Assembly: GCA_965198325.1 (NCBI GenBank)
Contig: CBDAPE010000019.1
Coordinates: 335,063-399,062 of the forward strand
Direction: 5' to 3'
DNA: 64,000 nucleotides
DNA from: Alphaproteobacteria bacterium
Lineage (GTDB): Bacteria; Pseudomonadota; Alphaproteobacteria; UBA828; JAPUJA01
The translations under genes and the position numbers were made by a program. Below, in pieces: positions 9,063 to 17,293 of this stretch. The stretch's first letter is position 1; each line of letters starts with the position of its first letter. The notes under the pieces were generated by a model, which had not been told where the DNA came from, did no database searches, and was given only the letters and a program-made list of their open reading frames with translations.

Positions 9063-9901
9063 TACCCGATCCCCCAGACGCCGGTTGCAGCCGCATCCCG
9101 GCCATAGTCGGCGAAGTCCCTCGGCGGACGACCGAGAGCGCGATCTACGCCGTCCGCAACGAACTCGTTGCGACCGTCGAGCACGGTCGTGAAGAGATAC
9201 ATCACAAGCGAAGCGACGTTGGGCGGAACCTCGTGCGCTTCGAGCAGCGACGCGTAATCGTCCGCGGAAATTTCCTGGTAGCGGATCGTCCTGCCGCTTG
9301 CCCCGGCGATCTCGCCGACCGCATCGGCGAACGTCAGCAGGCGGGGTCCGGTCACCTCGTAGAGCTGACCGATGTGTGACGCATCCGTCAGCGCCGCCAC
9401 CACGACATCCGCGATGTCGTCCGCATCGATGAGCGGCTCTTTCGTTCCGCCCGCCGGCAAGGCGACCTCACCGGCAAGCACGGCGTCGAGAAGAAAGCTT
9501 TCGCTGAAATTCTGCGCGAACCAACTCGCCCGCACGATTGTCCAGTCGGCACCGCTATCCTGCAGCGCCCGCTGAGCGCGCTGCGCTTCCTCTTCGCCGC
9601 GCCCCGAGAGCAGCACGATACGCCCGACCCCGGCCGCGAGCGCCGTCTCGGTAAACGACCGGACGGCGTCGACCGCGCCCGGCACCGCCAGATCGGGATA
9701 ATAGGCGATGTAGACCGCGCCCACGCCGTCCAGCGCGGACGCCCAGGTCGCTTTATCGTTCCAGTCGAAGCGCGGCTCGCCCTTACGCGATCCGATCCGC
9801 ACCGCAAACCCGTGATCCCATAATTTCTGCGCCACGCGGCTGCCGGTTTTGCCCGTGCCGCCAAGAACCAGGATCGGCTTCGTCTTTTGCATGTCGGTCA
9901 T
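9062..9901 (-). CDS. NmrA-like NAD(P)-binding protein (atypical SDR)
   Basis: Start at MTDMQ, with GGAGG 5 nt upstream. Rossmann motif LVLGGTGKTGSRV. 279 aa. Divergent from tetR. Confidence 0.75.
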   Translation of the reverse strand: MTDMQKTKPILVLGGTGKTGSRVAQKLWDHGFAVRIGSRKGEPRFDWNDKATWASALDGVGAVYIAYYPDLAVPGAVDAVRSFTETALAAGVGRIVLLSGRGEEEAQRAQRALQDSGADWTIVRASWFAQNFSESFLLDAVLAGEVALPAGGTKEPLIDADDIADVVVAALTDASHIGQLYEVTGPRLLTFADAVGEIAGASGRTIRYQEISADDYASLLEAHEVPPNVASLVMYLFTTVLDGRNEFVADGVDRALGRPPRDFADYGRDAAATGVWGIG

Positions 9902-9945
9902 CGTCGCCTCCAAAGATGATAGGTTTCGTTTCCAATTCATTGTCA

Positions 9946-9962
9946 CTTGACACTATGTCAAG
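9946..9962. promoter_or_regulatory. candidate TetR operator: perfect palindrome CTTGACA-CTA-TGTCAAG overlapping the tetR start codon
   Basis: 7-bp inverted repeat with 3-bp spacer in the NmrA/tetR divergent intergenic region. The tetR ATG (9955) lies inside the palindrome. Confidence 0.55.
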
Positions 9963-10554
9963 CGATAAATCCGACACCCGGCAAAGAATTCTCAACGCCG
10001 CCGTGAATCGGCTCGAAGCGGGCCAGGGCGACGGCGTGCGCATGGCCGATATCGCCAAACAGGCAGGCATCAGCCGCCAGGCGCTCTATCTTCACTTCGC
10101 CACGAGAGCGGAGCTTCTGATCGCCACGACGCACTATGTCGACGAGGCGTTGGGGATTGAAGAGCGCCTTGTGCCGAGCCGCACGGCGCGCTCGGGCGTC
10201 GAGCGCCTCAATGCCTATATCGAGGCCTGGAGCGGCTACATCCCGGAAATCTACGCCATCGCCAAGGTGCTTCTCGCGATGCGCGACACCGACCACGCGG
10301 CGGCGCAAGCCTGGGACGAGCGGATGGGGGCCATGCGCGAAGGCTGCGCGGCAGCAATCGACGCGCTGGAGCGCGACAAGATGCTCTCGCCCGAGCATTC
10401 GCCCGACGAGGCCACGGATATTCTCTGGACGATGCTCTCGGTCCGCAACTGGGAACAGCTCACGATGGGCTGCGACTGGTCCCAAGAGCGCTATATCGAG
10501 ACGCTCAAATCACTGGCACGGCGTATTTTCGTGGCGGAACGCGGGTCCGGCTGA
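9955..10554 (+). CDS. TetR/AcrR family transcriptional regulator
   Basis: N-terminal HTH (TRQRILNAAVNRLEAGQGDGVRMADIAKQAGISRQALYLHF). 199 aa from the ATG at 9955; ORF track 9916..10554. Confidence 0.85.
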   Translation: MSSDKSDTRQRILNAAVNRLEAGQGDGVRMADIAKQAGISRQALYLHFATRAELLIATTHYVDEALGIEERLVPSRTARSGVERLNAYIEAWSGYIPEIYAIAKVLLAMRDTDHAAAQAWDERMGAMREGCAAAIDALERDKMLSPEHSPDEATDILWTMLSVRNWEQLTMGCDWSQERYIETLKSLARRIFVAERGSG

Positions 10555-10649
10555 AGAGCGGGCTGAGCGCGCAAGGCGGATCGATTGATCCCGTCTAGGA
10601 CGCCTGAGCGCTCGGCTCTTATGCTCAACCAACCGGGAGCGGCCTTCCT

Positions 10650-11849
10650 CTAGGCCCAGAACCGGGGCACGATAAGAAACATCTCCACGAGCTGCTTGAG
10701 CGCCTTGTCGTCGCTCTCTTCGCTCAGCGCCTCGAGCGCGAGGATCGCCTTGGCGGCCTTGGTCTCGGCCCAGAACCAGTCGCCGAGATCTTCCATCCCG
10801 GTCATCCCTCGTGAGCCGCTCGCGGTCTCGGTGTAATAGGCCCAGAGGTCTTCGCAGGCGAGCTTGAGCATCATGAGCGGGGGCACGCCCTTGCGCGGGC
10901 TCTTGACCTTGTCGGTCGTCAGCCAGCTGACGATAAAGGGTGCCAGCTCCTCGATCGCCAGCTCGCTCGCCCCGACGGGCGTCCGCCCGCGCCGGGCGAC
11001 CGCCGCGTCGTACTCGGGCCGGATTTCGGCAATCTCCGCCTGGATTTCGGCCAGCAGCCTTGCCGGGTCCGCCCGGTCTTCGGGCTTCGAGACCAGTTCG
11101 TTCGGCAGGGCATGGGTCATGCGCCGGCCGCGTATGGGAACGACCACGGGATAGTCGGCCAGAACCGGCCCCACGGGTGCGTCGAACAGAGCGAAGGCGG
11201 CGCGGATGACGCCTTTCTGAAAGTCGGGATCGTTCGGCTTGCCGAACGGGCGGCCCATGGGCATGTCGAGCCACAGCGCACGGGGCGCCCCGATCGCGGC
11301 GGCATGCTCGCGGACGAAACAGACCAGCGTCGTTGCCAGCCCCTCTTTCTCGAAGAAATATGCAAGCCCGCACACGGTGCGCGTGCAGAACGGTCAGACG
11401 GGGGCGAGCAGAACCGTGTTGACGCCCTCGGCCTTCATGCGGCTCGCGACGTCGTGCACGCTCTTTTCATACTCCAGCGGGTCGGTCGCGCCCATGAAGG
11501 AATAATGGGTCTCGGCCACCGCGCCGATCTCACCGTCCGCCGCCATCTCCTTCAGGCGGTCCACCGGCAGGATCGCATTGAGGTCCTGCTACCACGCGGT
11601 GCGGTCGTAATCCACCGCGACATGAGTCATCACGAGGTTCTTGTCGTCGGCGTCGAACGCCCGGTAATCCCGAGCGGACCAGCTAAACGGCTTGTCGCCC
11701 CGTTTGCTCAACCCCGCCGAGGAGACCACCGCCACCTTGCGCTCACGTGCAGCCACGGGCGCCGTCCAGGGCCGGTCCGCAAAATCCGGCATTTCGAGCT
11801 CCTCGAACATCTCGCGTGGCAGCTTCGGCATGTCATGCATCAGAACCAT
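10650..11849 (-). CDS. candidate selenoprotein (family unresolved, possibly GrdB/PrdB-like reductase B); one frame carries an in-frame TGA (Sec?) at 11394-11396 and an in-frame TAG at 11589-11591
   Basis: ATG at 11849 with GAGGAG 6 nt upstream. Frame reads 86 aa, TAG, 64 aa (...MKAEGVNTVLLAPV), TGA, then PFCTRTVCGLAYFFEKEG... for 247 aa (the ORF-track piece 10650..11375 starts at an internal GTG). U-x-x-C redox motif; GC hairpin 6-26 nt after the TGA. selABC is 4 kb away. Confidence 0.45.
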
Positions 11850-11922
11850 CGCTCGCTCCTCATCCTCAAGCCGTCGAGCGGCGCCAGCTTAGTAAAGCTC
11901 CGCCCTGGCGGACACAGCCTCT

Positions 11923-13200
11923 TTACCCCGGCGGATCATTTTGCCGTGATCGGGCCTTTGCCGGGATCAGGAACCACAGAAAGGCGATCACCTGCAGCCC
12001 CAGGGCGGCGGCGAATGCCGCCCGAAAACCCGCCGGGTCGTAGCCGCCTTCGGGGCCGAGGGGAAAGGCGTTGATAATGACGCCCATGCCGTACTGAACG
12101 ACGAACACGCCCGCGAAGACGACCAGGTTCAGGCTGGTGTTGGCCCGGCCCGCAAACTCGATCGGGAAATAGCGCGACAGATGGGCGTAGGTCAGCACCG
12201 ACATATGGCCAACCAGCCCGAACAGGATCCATGGCCAGATACCGGCAGGATCGAGTTCGAAGATGACGACCAACTGGGCCCCGAAAAAGAGCACGGTGCT
12301 CACACCCAGAACCTTGGCCAGGCCGATGCCTACGCGGGCCAGCCGGTCGGTGACCAGACCGCCCAGCGCGACCCCAATGCCCATGGCCGCCGTATTCGCC
12401 AGCAGATAGACCGCCAGCGTATTCCGATCGAGCCCGCCGACGTCCTTCATCCACGGCCCCGCCCACAGGCCCTGGATCGACATCCCCCCGGCGACGCCGG
12501 TTACGGCAAGCGGCGTATAGCGCCAGAATTCCCGGTCGCCGAAAATTCGGCGCAGATCCCGGATCTGGCGTGCAAAATTCAGCGGTGTGGTCGTGACCGG
12601 TTTTTCCGGCACGACAAAAAAGATCGCCAGCGACACCACGACGGTCGCGATCGCGCATCCCAAAAAGACGCCGCGCCAATCGGTCACCTGCAGGAGCGCT
12701 TCGACTGGTGCCGTCGCCGTCATCGCGCCGAGTGCGCCCATTCCCAGAAAGCAGCCGTTCGCCAGCGGCCAGCGCTCGCGGGGAAACCAGATGGTGATCG
12801 CCTTGAGCCCCGACATCAGGCCGCCCGAGACGCCGAAGCCGATCAACGCGCGACCGATCAGCAACGGTGTCTGGCTCTCGCCCAGCGAGAAAATCAGCGC
12901 GCCGAGCGCCGCGACGAGTAGTTGAGCCGACTGCACCCGGCGCGGCCCGAAGCGATCGAGCATGACGCCGAGGGGAAGCTGATTGGCGGTGAACGTGAGG
13001 AAAAACACCGCCGTCAACAGGCCGAGGCCGGCGGCGCTCAGGCCGAGCTCCGCGACCAGCTGGGGCGCGATGATCGCATTGATCTGGCGATAGAGGTCCG
13101 AGAAGAAAAATCCTGCGGCGAAGGGCAGAAAAACGAGAATCACGCCCAGCGCGAGGCTGGTGCCCGGTTCTCTGGCCGGGCTCGATTGGGGAGCACTCAC
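11923..13200 (-). CDS. MFS transporter
   Basis: 425 aa, about 12 hydrophobic helices, GTG start. Sits immediately upstream of the candidate selenoprotein on the same strand. Confidence 0.8.
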   Translation of the reverse strand: MSAPQSSPAREPGTSLALGVILVFLPFAAGFFFSDLYRQINAIIAPQLVAELGLSAAGLGLLTAVFFLTFTANQLPLGVMLDRFGPRRVQSAQLLVAALGALIFSLGESQTPLLIGRALIGFGVSGGLMSGLKAITIWFPRERWPLANGCFLGMGALGAMTATAPVEALLQVTDWRGVFLGCAIATVVVSLAIFFVVPEKPVTTTPLNFARQIRDLRRIFGDREFWRYTPLAVTGVAGGMSIQGLWAGPWMKDVGGLDRNTLAVYLLANTAAMGIGVALGGLVTDRLARVGIGLAKVLGVSTVLFFGAQLVVIFELDPAGIWPWILFGLVGHMSVLTYAHLSRYFPIEFAGRANTSLNLVVFAGVFVVQYGMGVIINAFPLGPEGGYDPAGFRAAFAAALGLQVIAFLWFLIPAKARSRQNDPPG

Positions 13201-13231
13201 CGGGCGCGCTCCACGGGCGCGGCGGAGATCG

Positions 13232-14062
13232 TCACGAGCCGCCGTCGGGGGTCTTCTGGAAGCGCGCCTCCCGCCATTCGAGCGCGGCTTTCAGGCCGTC
13301 CTTCTGCGCGATCGCGGTAAACGCGCGGCGAAGCGCGCTGCCCTCGCCCTCGATCAGCAGATCGGTGTCGAGCGCCATCTGAAGGGCCTTGTCCATGCCC
13401 ATGATATCGAGGCTGCGGTTGATCGCCCGCTTGGTGCTCTGCACCACGGCGGGGTCCATCACCGCCATGTCCCGCGCCATCGCAAGCGCGGCGTCGACAT
13501 GCCCGCCCTCGGGCACCACCCGGTTGATCAGGCCGATGGCAAGCGCGCGCTCGGCGGGGATCTTGTCGTTCCCCGTGAGCAGCAATTCCTTGGCCTGCTT
13601 GGGCCCGGTCACCCAGGGCAGGATCATGACGACGATGCCCGCGCCGAAGCGCAATTCGGGCTCGCCGAACATCGAACCTTCCGCCGCGATCGTGATGTCG
13701 CAGGCGAGTGCCAGTTCGCAGCCGCCCGCAAGCGCGAAGCCGTGAACCGCGGCGATGGTCGGCTTGGGACAGCGCCAGAAGCGCATGATGGTATCGAAAT
13801 CGAGCTGCAGCGCGGGCTGCCATTCGGCGACCCCCTCCGGCAGATCCGCAAGCTCCGCCTTCAGGTCGAAGCCTGAGGAAAACGCCTTGCCCGCGCCGGT
13901 CAGCACCAGCGCGCGAATCCCGTTTTCCGTCTCGACCTGATCCAGCACCTGATTCAGCTCGCCCAGCAATTCGGCATTCATGGCATTAAGCCGTTCGGGC
14001 CGATTGAGCGTCAAGAGGCCGACGGGCCCGCGGGTCTCGAACGAGACGGTTTCCCACGCCAT
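13232..14062 (-). CDS. enoyl-CoA hydratase/isomerase (crotonase) family protein
   Basis: Start trimmed to MAWETVSFETRGPVGLLTLNRPERLNAM (crotonase signature). GAGKAFSSGFDL oxyanion-hole motif. Confidence 0.85.
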   Translation of the reverse strand: MAWETVSFETRGPVGLLTLNRPERLNAMNAELLGELNQVLDQVETENGIRALVLTGAGKAFSSGFDLKAELADLPEGVAEWQPALQLDFDTIMRFWRCPKPTIAAVHGFALAGGCELALACDITIAAEGSMFGEPELRFGAGIVVMILPWVTGPKQAKELLLTGNDKIPAERALAIGLINRVVPEGGHVDAALAMARDMAVMDPAVVQSTKRAINRSLDIMGMDKALQMALDTDLLIEGEGSALRRAFTAIAQKDGLKAALEWREARFQKTPDGGS

Positions 14063-14201
14063 CGCTGCTTGCTCCATCAATGATCTGCAACAGCCCGCCG
14101 GGGCCCGTCCAGGGTACGAGAGGGTGTTGCCGGGATTGTATCGCCGGTGCCGGGGCATTAAGAAGAACAACCGGCGGCTTAATGGATACGGGTCTCGGCC
14201 C

Positions 14202-14825
14202 ATGCGCAAGCCAAAAACCTTGAAGGCGCTCAAAGAACTGGGGCGGGTCCGTCTCTCGCGGAGCTTCTTCATGCGGAATTTCCTCTACAGCGAGGTGAGC
14301 AATTTCTACGGCATCCCGAACCTCCCCGACGATCCGGACCTGGCCATCGCGGCGGGGCGCGCGCTATGCGAGAACATCCTCCAGCCCCTGCACGACACCC
14401 TCGGCGCGGTGGAGATCCGCTCGGCCTTCCGCTCGGCGCGAGTCAACCGCTACTGCAATACCCACGGCGGCAATTGCGACAAGAACGACAAGAATTACGC
14501 CCGTCACATCTGGGACCGGCGCGATGCCGACGGGGCGATGGGCGCCGTCGCCTCGATCGTCCTGCCCTGGTACCTGCCGCGTTATGAGAAAACCGGCGAC
14601 TGGCAGCCGCTCGCCTGGTGGCTGTTCGATACCCTGCCCTGTAGCGAGCTGCAGTTCTTTCCCAAGCTCGCCGCCTTCAACGTCGGCTGGCATGAGAATC
14701 CGAAGCGCATCATCCGGAGCTACGCTCCGCCCAGGGGCATTCTGACCCGGCCCGGCATGGCCAACTACGAGGGTAGCCACGCAAAGCACTACCGGGGGTT
14801 TCCCCGGCTGCGTCGCGCGCGCTGA
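14202..14825 (+). CDS. hypothetical protein (207 aa), basic and Trp/His-rich; weak resemblance to Zn D,D-peptidase-like (peptidase M15) folds
   Basis: ATG at 14202 inside ORF 13980..14825. Sequence FMRNFLYSEVSNFYGIPNLPDDPDL...HGGNCDKNDKNYARHIWDRRDADGAMG. I recognise no confident family. Confidence 0.4.
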   Translation: MRKPKTLKALKELGRVRLSRSFFMRNFLYSEVSNFYGIPNLPDDPDLAIAAGRALCENILQPLHDTLGAVEIRSAFRSARVNRYCNTHGGNCDKNDKNYARHIWDRRDADGAMGAVASIVLPWYLPRYEKTGDWQPLAWWLFDTLPCSELQFFPKLAAFNVGWHENPKRIIRSYAPPRGILTRPGMANYEGSHAKHYRGFPRLRRAR

Positions 14826-14867
14826 CCCCGAACCCGTCGCGCTACGCGCATAGATCGCCCCCTCACC

Positions 14868-16040
14868 ATGCCCCTCCTCGCCCTCGTTGCGGCCGTCCTG
14901 TGGAATCTGTTCATCGGCCTGTTCTATTGCTGGAGCGTCTTCATCGTGCCGCTGGAAGAGGCGCTCGACGTTTCACGTGCGAGCGTGAGCGCGGTCTTTT
15001 CGGTGGGCATCGCGTGCTACGCCGGCGGCATGTTCCTCTCGCCCCACCTGCTCGCCCGCGTCCCCCTGCCCCGGCTTGCCGCAGCGCTCGGACTCGGCGC
15101 AGCGCTCGGGCTCCTGATCGCCGGACTGGGGGCCAGCCTCGGCGCGCTGATCGCGGGCTTCGGCATTGTCTTCGGGCTGACGGCGGGCGCAGGCTATGCG
15201 CTGGCGCTGCAGGCAGCGAGCGGCGAGCTGCCGGTCAGGCGCAGCTTCGCCATCAGCATCACGGTTACCGCGTTCGCTACGGCGGCGCTGCTCTGGCCCA
15301 AGCCGCTCAGCCTGCTGATCGCCGCTCTGGGGCCGTTTACGACCCTCATCCTCTACGCCGGGGCGATGGCCGGAATCGGGCTCGTCATCGCACTCCTGCT
15401 TCGGCTCTCGGGCGCGCGGGCGCCGGCCGCGGACGACGCCGAGGCGACACGGATCTTGCACAACTTCCTGACCGACCGGCCGCGCGTCTTCGTGCTGATC
15501 TGGCTCAACTTCGTCTTCCTGGCGATGGGTGGCTTGACGGCGTTGAGCCACGCCGCCGGCATCGCCGGGGCCTTCGGCGTTCCCCCGGATCAGGTCTATT
15601 TCGCCCCGATGGTGACGAGCGTCGGTTATGTCGCCGCCTGCCTGTGCGCGGGCCCCATGACCGACTGGCTCACGGGCCGGCGCGTGCTGATGGGCCTCTC
15701 GGGCGTCATGATGGCGGCTCTGCTGGCGCTGTTCCTGGCCCCCTCGGCCTGGCTCAGCCTGCTTGTCCTGGCCCTCGTGGGTGCCAGCTTCGGCGCGACG
15801 GCTGCGGTTTATCCGGTCACCGTCGCGAGCTATTACAGCATCTCGGAAATGGGCCGCATCTACGGCCGGATTACGCTCGCCTACGGCACCGGCGGCATCG
15901 CCGCGCCCCTCATGGCCGGTGCACTCTACGACTGGGAAGGCGGTTACCACTGGTCGCTGCTGATCGCGGCCGGGTTCGCCGCCGCCGGAATCGCTGCAAG
16001 TTCGGCGCTGCCGCAGCCGGCCCGAACAACCGCCGGATGA
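14868..16040 (+). CDS. MFS transporter
   Basis: 390 aa, Ala/Leu/Gly-rich with about 12 TM segments. Its 3' end lies inside the 85-bp direct repeat. Confidence 0.8.
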   Translation: MPLLALVAAVLWNLFIGLFYCWSVFIVPLEEALDVSRASVSAVFSVGIACYAGGMFLSPHLLARVPLPRLAAALGLGAALGLLIAGLGASLGALIAGFGIVFGLTAGAGYALALQAASGELPVRRSFAISITVTAFATAALLWPKPLSLLIAALGPFTTLILYAGAMAGIGLVIALLLRLSGARAPAADDAEATRILHNFLTDRPRVFVLIWLNFVFLAMGGLTALSHAAGIAGAFGVPPDQVYFAPMVTSVGYVAACLCAGPMTDWLTGRRVLMGLSGVMMAALLALFLAPSAWLSLLVLALVGASFGATAAVYPVTVASYYSISEMGRIYGRITLAYGTGGIAAPLMAGALYDWEGGYHWSLLIAAGFAAAGIAASSALPQPARTTAG

Positions 16041-16054
16041 TTATCTACCCGCTA
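15970..16054. repeat. 85-bp perfect direct repeat, copy 1 (last 71 nt of the MFS CDS plus 14 nt of 3' flank)
   Basis: Identical to 16146..16230: ccgggttcgccgccgccggaatcgctgcaagttcggcgctgccgcagccggcccgaacaaccgccggatgattatctacccgcta. Both copies are followed by an A-run plus GG. Confidence 0.9.
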
Positions 16055-16145
16055 AAAAGGGGGTTGAACCTTTGCCCCGGCGGTTATCCCAAATCACTAC
16101 CCAGATAGTCGACCTGGCTGATTCTGCGCAAAATTCCCTCAGCAC

Positions 16146-16230
16146 CCGGGTTCGCCGCCGCCGGAATCGCTGCAAGTTCGGCGCTGCCGCAGCCGGCCCG
16201 AACAACCGCCGGATGATTATCTACCCGCTA
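16146..16230. repeat. 85-bp perfect direct repeat, copy 2 (non-coding; 91 bp of unique sequence separates the copies)
   Basis: Exact duplicate of 15970..16054 at 176-bp periodicity. The second copy has no upstream start codon in the MFS frame. Confidence 0.9.
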
Positions 16231-16308
16231 TAAAAAAGGCCGCGTTCAAATCGGACGAGTCACCGGATATCCAGGCCTTCGAAGCCGCCCGGGGCCGCCC
16301 GGAGCCGC

Positions 16309-16647
16309 CTAAACGGTGAAGGATTCGCCGCAGCCGCAGCGACTTGATTCGTTCGGATTGGAGAACCGAAAGCCCGGCTCGAGCTTGTCCTCGACATAGT
16401 CGAGCTCGGTACCGAGCAGATACATGGTCGCCAAAGGATCGACGATCACGGTCACGCCCTTGTCCTCGACGATCTCGTCGTGAGGCAGCACCTCGACGAC
16501 GTAATCCATGGTGTATTGCAGGCCCGAGCAACCGGCGGTTTTCACACCGATCTTCAGCCCGATCGCGGGTTTCTCACCCTCGTGCCTCTCGAGCAAGAGC
16601 TTGACCCGGTCGGCGGCCGCGTCGGTCAGGCTGATCAAATTCGGCAT
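16309..16647 (-). CDS. erpA: A-type Fe-S cluster carrier (ErpA/IscA/SufA family)
   Basis: 112 aa with the three conserved Cys (C...CGCGESF at the C-terminus). Last gene of the suf operon. Confidence 0.9.
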   Translation of the reverse strand: MPNLISLTDAAADRVKLLLERHEGEKPAIGLKIGVKTAGCSGLQYTMDYVVEVLPHDEIVEDKGVTVIVDPLATMYLLGTELDYVEDKLEPGFRFSNPNESSRCGCGESFTV

Positions 16648-16708
16648 CGCATTCTTCCTCGGCCCAATTGATAACTAATGTGGCGCACGTAAAGTTTCCG
16701 TCAACCCG

Positions 16709-17293
16709 TCAATACATGAAACCGGTCTCCAGCCGTGCAATCTCCGACATCCGCGACGGATCCCACGGCGGGTCCCAGACCAGCTCCACCTCGACCGTGC
16801 CGGCGCCCTCGACCCCGGCAACCGCGTCGCGCACCCAGTCGGGCATTTCGCCCGCGACGGGACAACCCGGCGCGGTCAGGGTCATGCGCACGACGACATT
16901 CATTTGGGCGTCGATATCAAGTTCGTAGATCAAGCCCAGCTCATAGATGTTGGTCGGTATCTCCGGATCGAAGACCGTGCGTACGGCGTCGATCACCGCC
17001 TCGCGGAAGGGATGGCGGATCGGGATATCGCCGCTTGCCAGCGCGGTATTTGGCTGATCGTCGTCTTCGTGCTCGTCGTCCGTCGCGCTGTCGGGCGCAA
17101 CCGGTGGAAGGGCGCTCGCCTCGGGCGCGGTCGGATACATGATGCCCCCATCAGGGGCCGGAACGGGCCGCGGCGGCGGTGGCGGGCCAACCTCGAGATC
17201 CGCCTCGCCCGCGTTGACCTCGCTGGGCGTGGCCTTGAGCGCCTCGGGCGTGGGTCGGCGCAACCCAAAAATCTCTGCCAGTCGCTGGATCAT
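16709..17293 (-). CDS. sufT: SUF-system DUF59 (SufT/MIP18-like) Fe-S assembly protein with a Pro/acidic-rich N-terminal extension
   Basis: Start at MIQRLAEIFG, overlapping the sufU stop (ATGA). C-terminal DUF59 core (IYELGLIY...TLTAPGCP). Confidence 0.75.
   Translation of the reverse strand: MIQRLAEIFGLRRPTPEALKATPSEVNAGEADLEVGPPPPPRPVPAPDGGIMYPTAPEASALPPVAPDSATDDEHEDDDQPNTALASGDIPIRHPFREAVIDAVRTVFDPEIPTNIYELGLIYELDIDAQMNVVVRMTLTAPGCPVAGEMPDWVRDAVAGVEGAGTVEVELVWDPPWDPSRMSEIARLETGFMY

Noticed and set aside
11589-11591. TAG decoded as pyrrolysine or another read-through amino acid
   Set aside because: No pyl genes or PYLIS-like context are visible in the window. Other genes here clearly terminate with TAG (map, radC), and Pyl decoding is not known in this lineage.
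16055-16145. The 91-bp spacer between the 85-bp repeats as a MITE or IS remnant or a small gene
   Set aside because: It has no terminal inverted repeats, no ORF with a start codon (the repeat-frame ORF is preceded by TAG and lacks ATG/GTG), and an 85-bp target duplication is far longer than any IS TSD. I report it only as an unexplained repeat structure.
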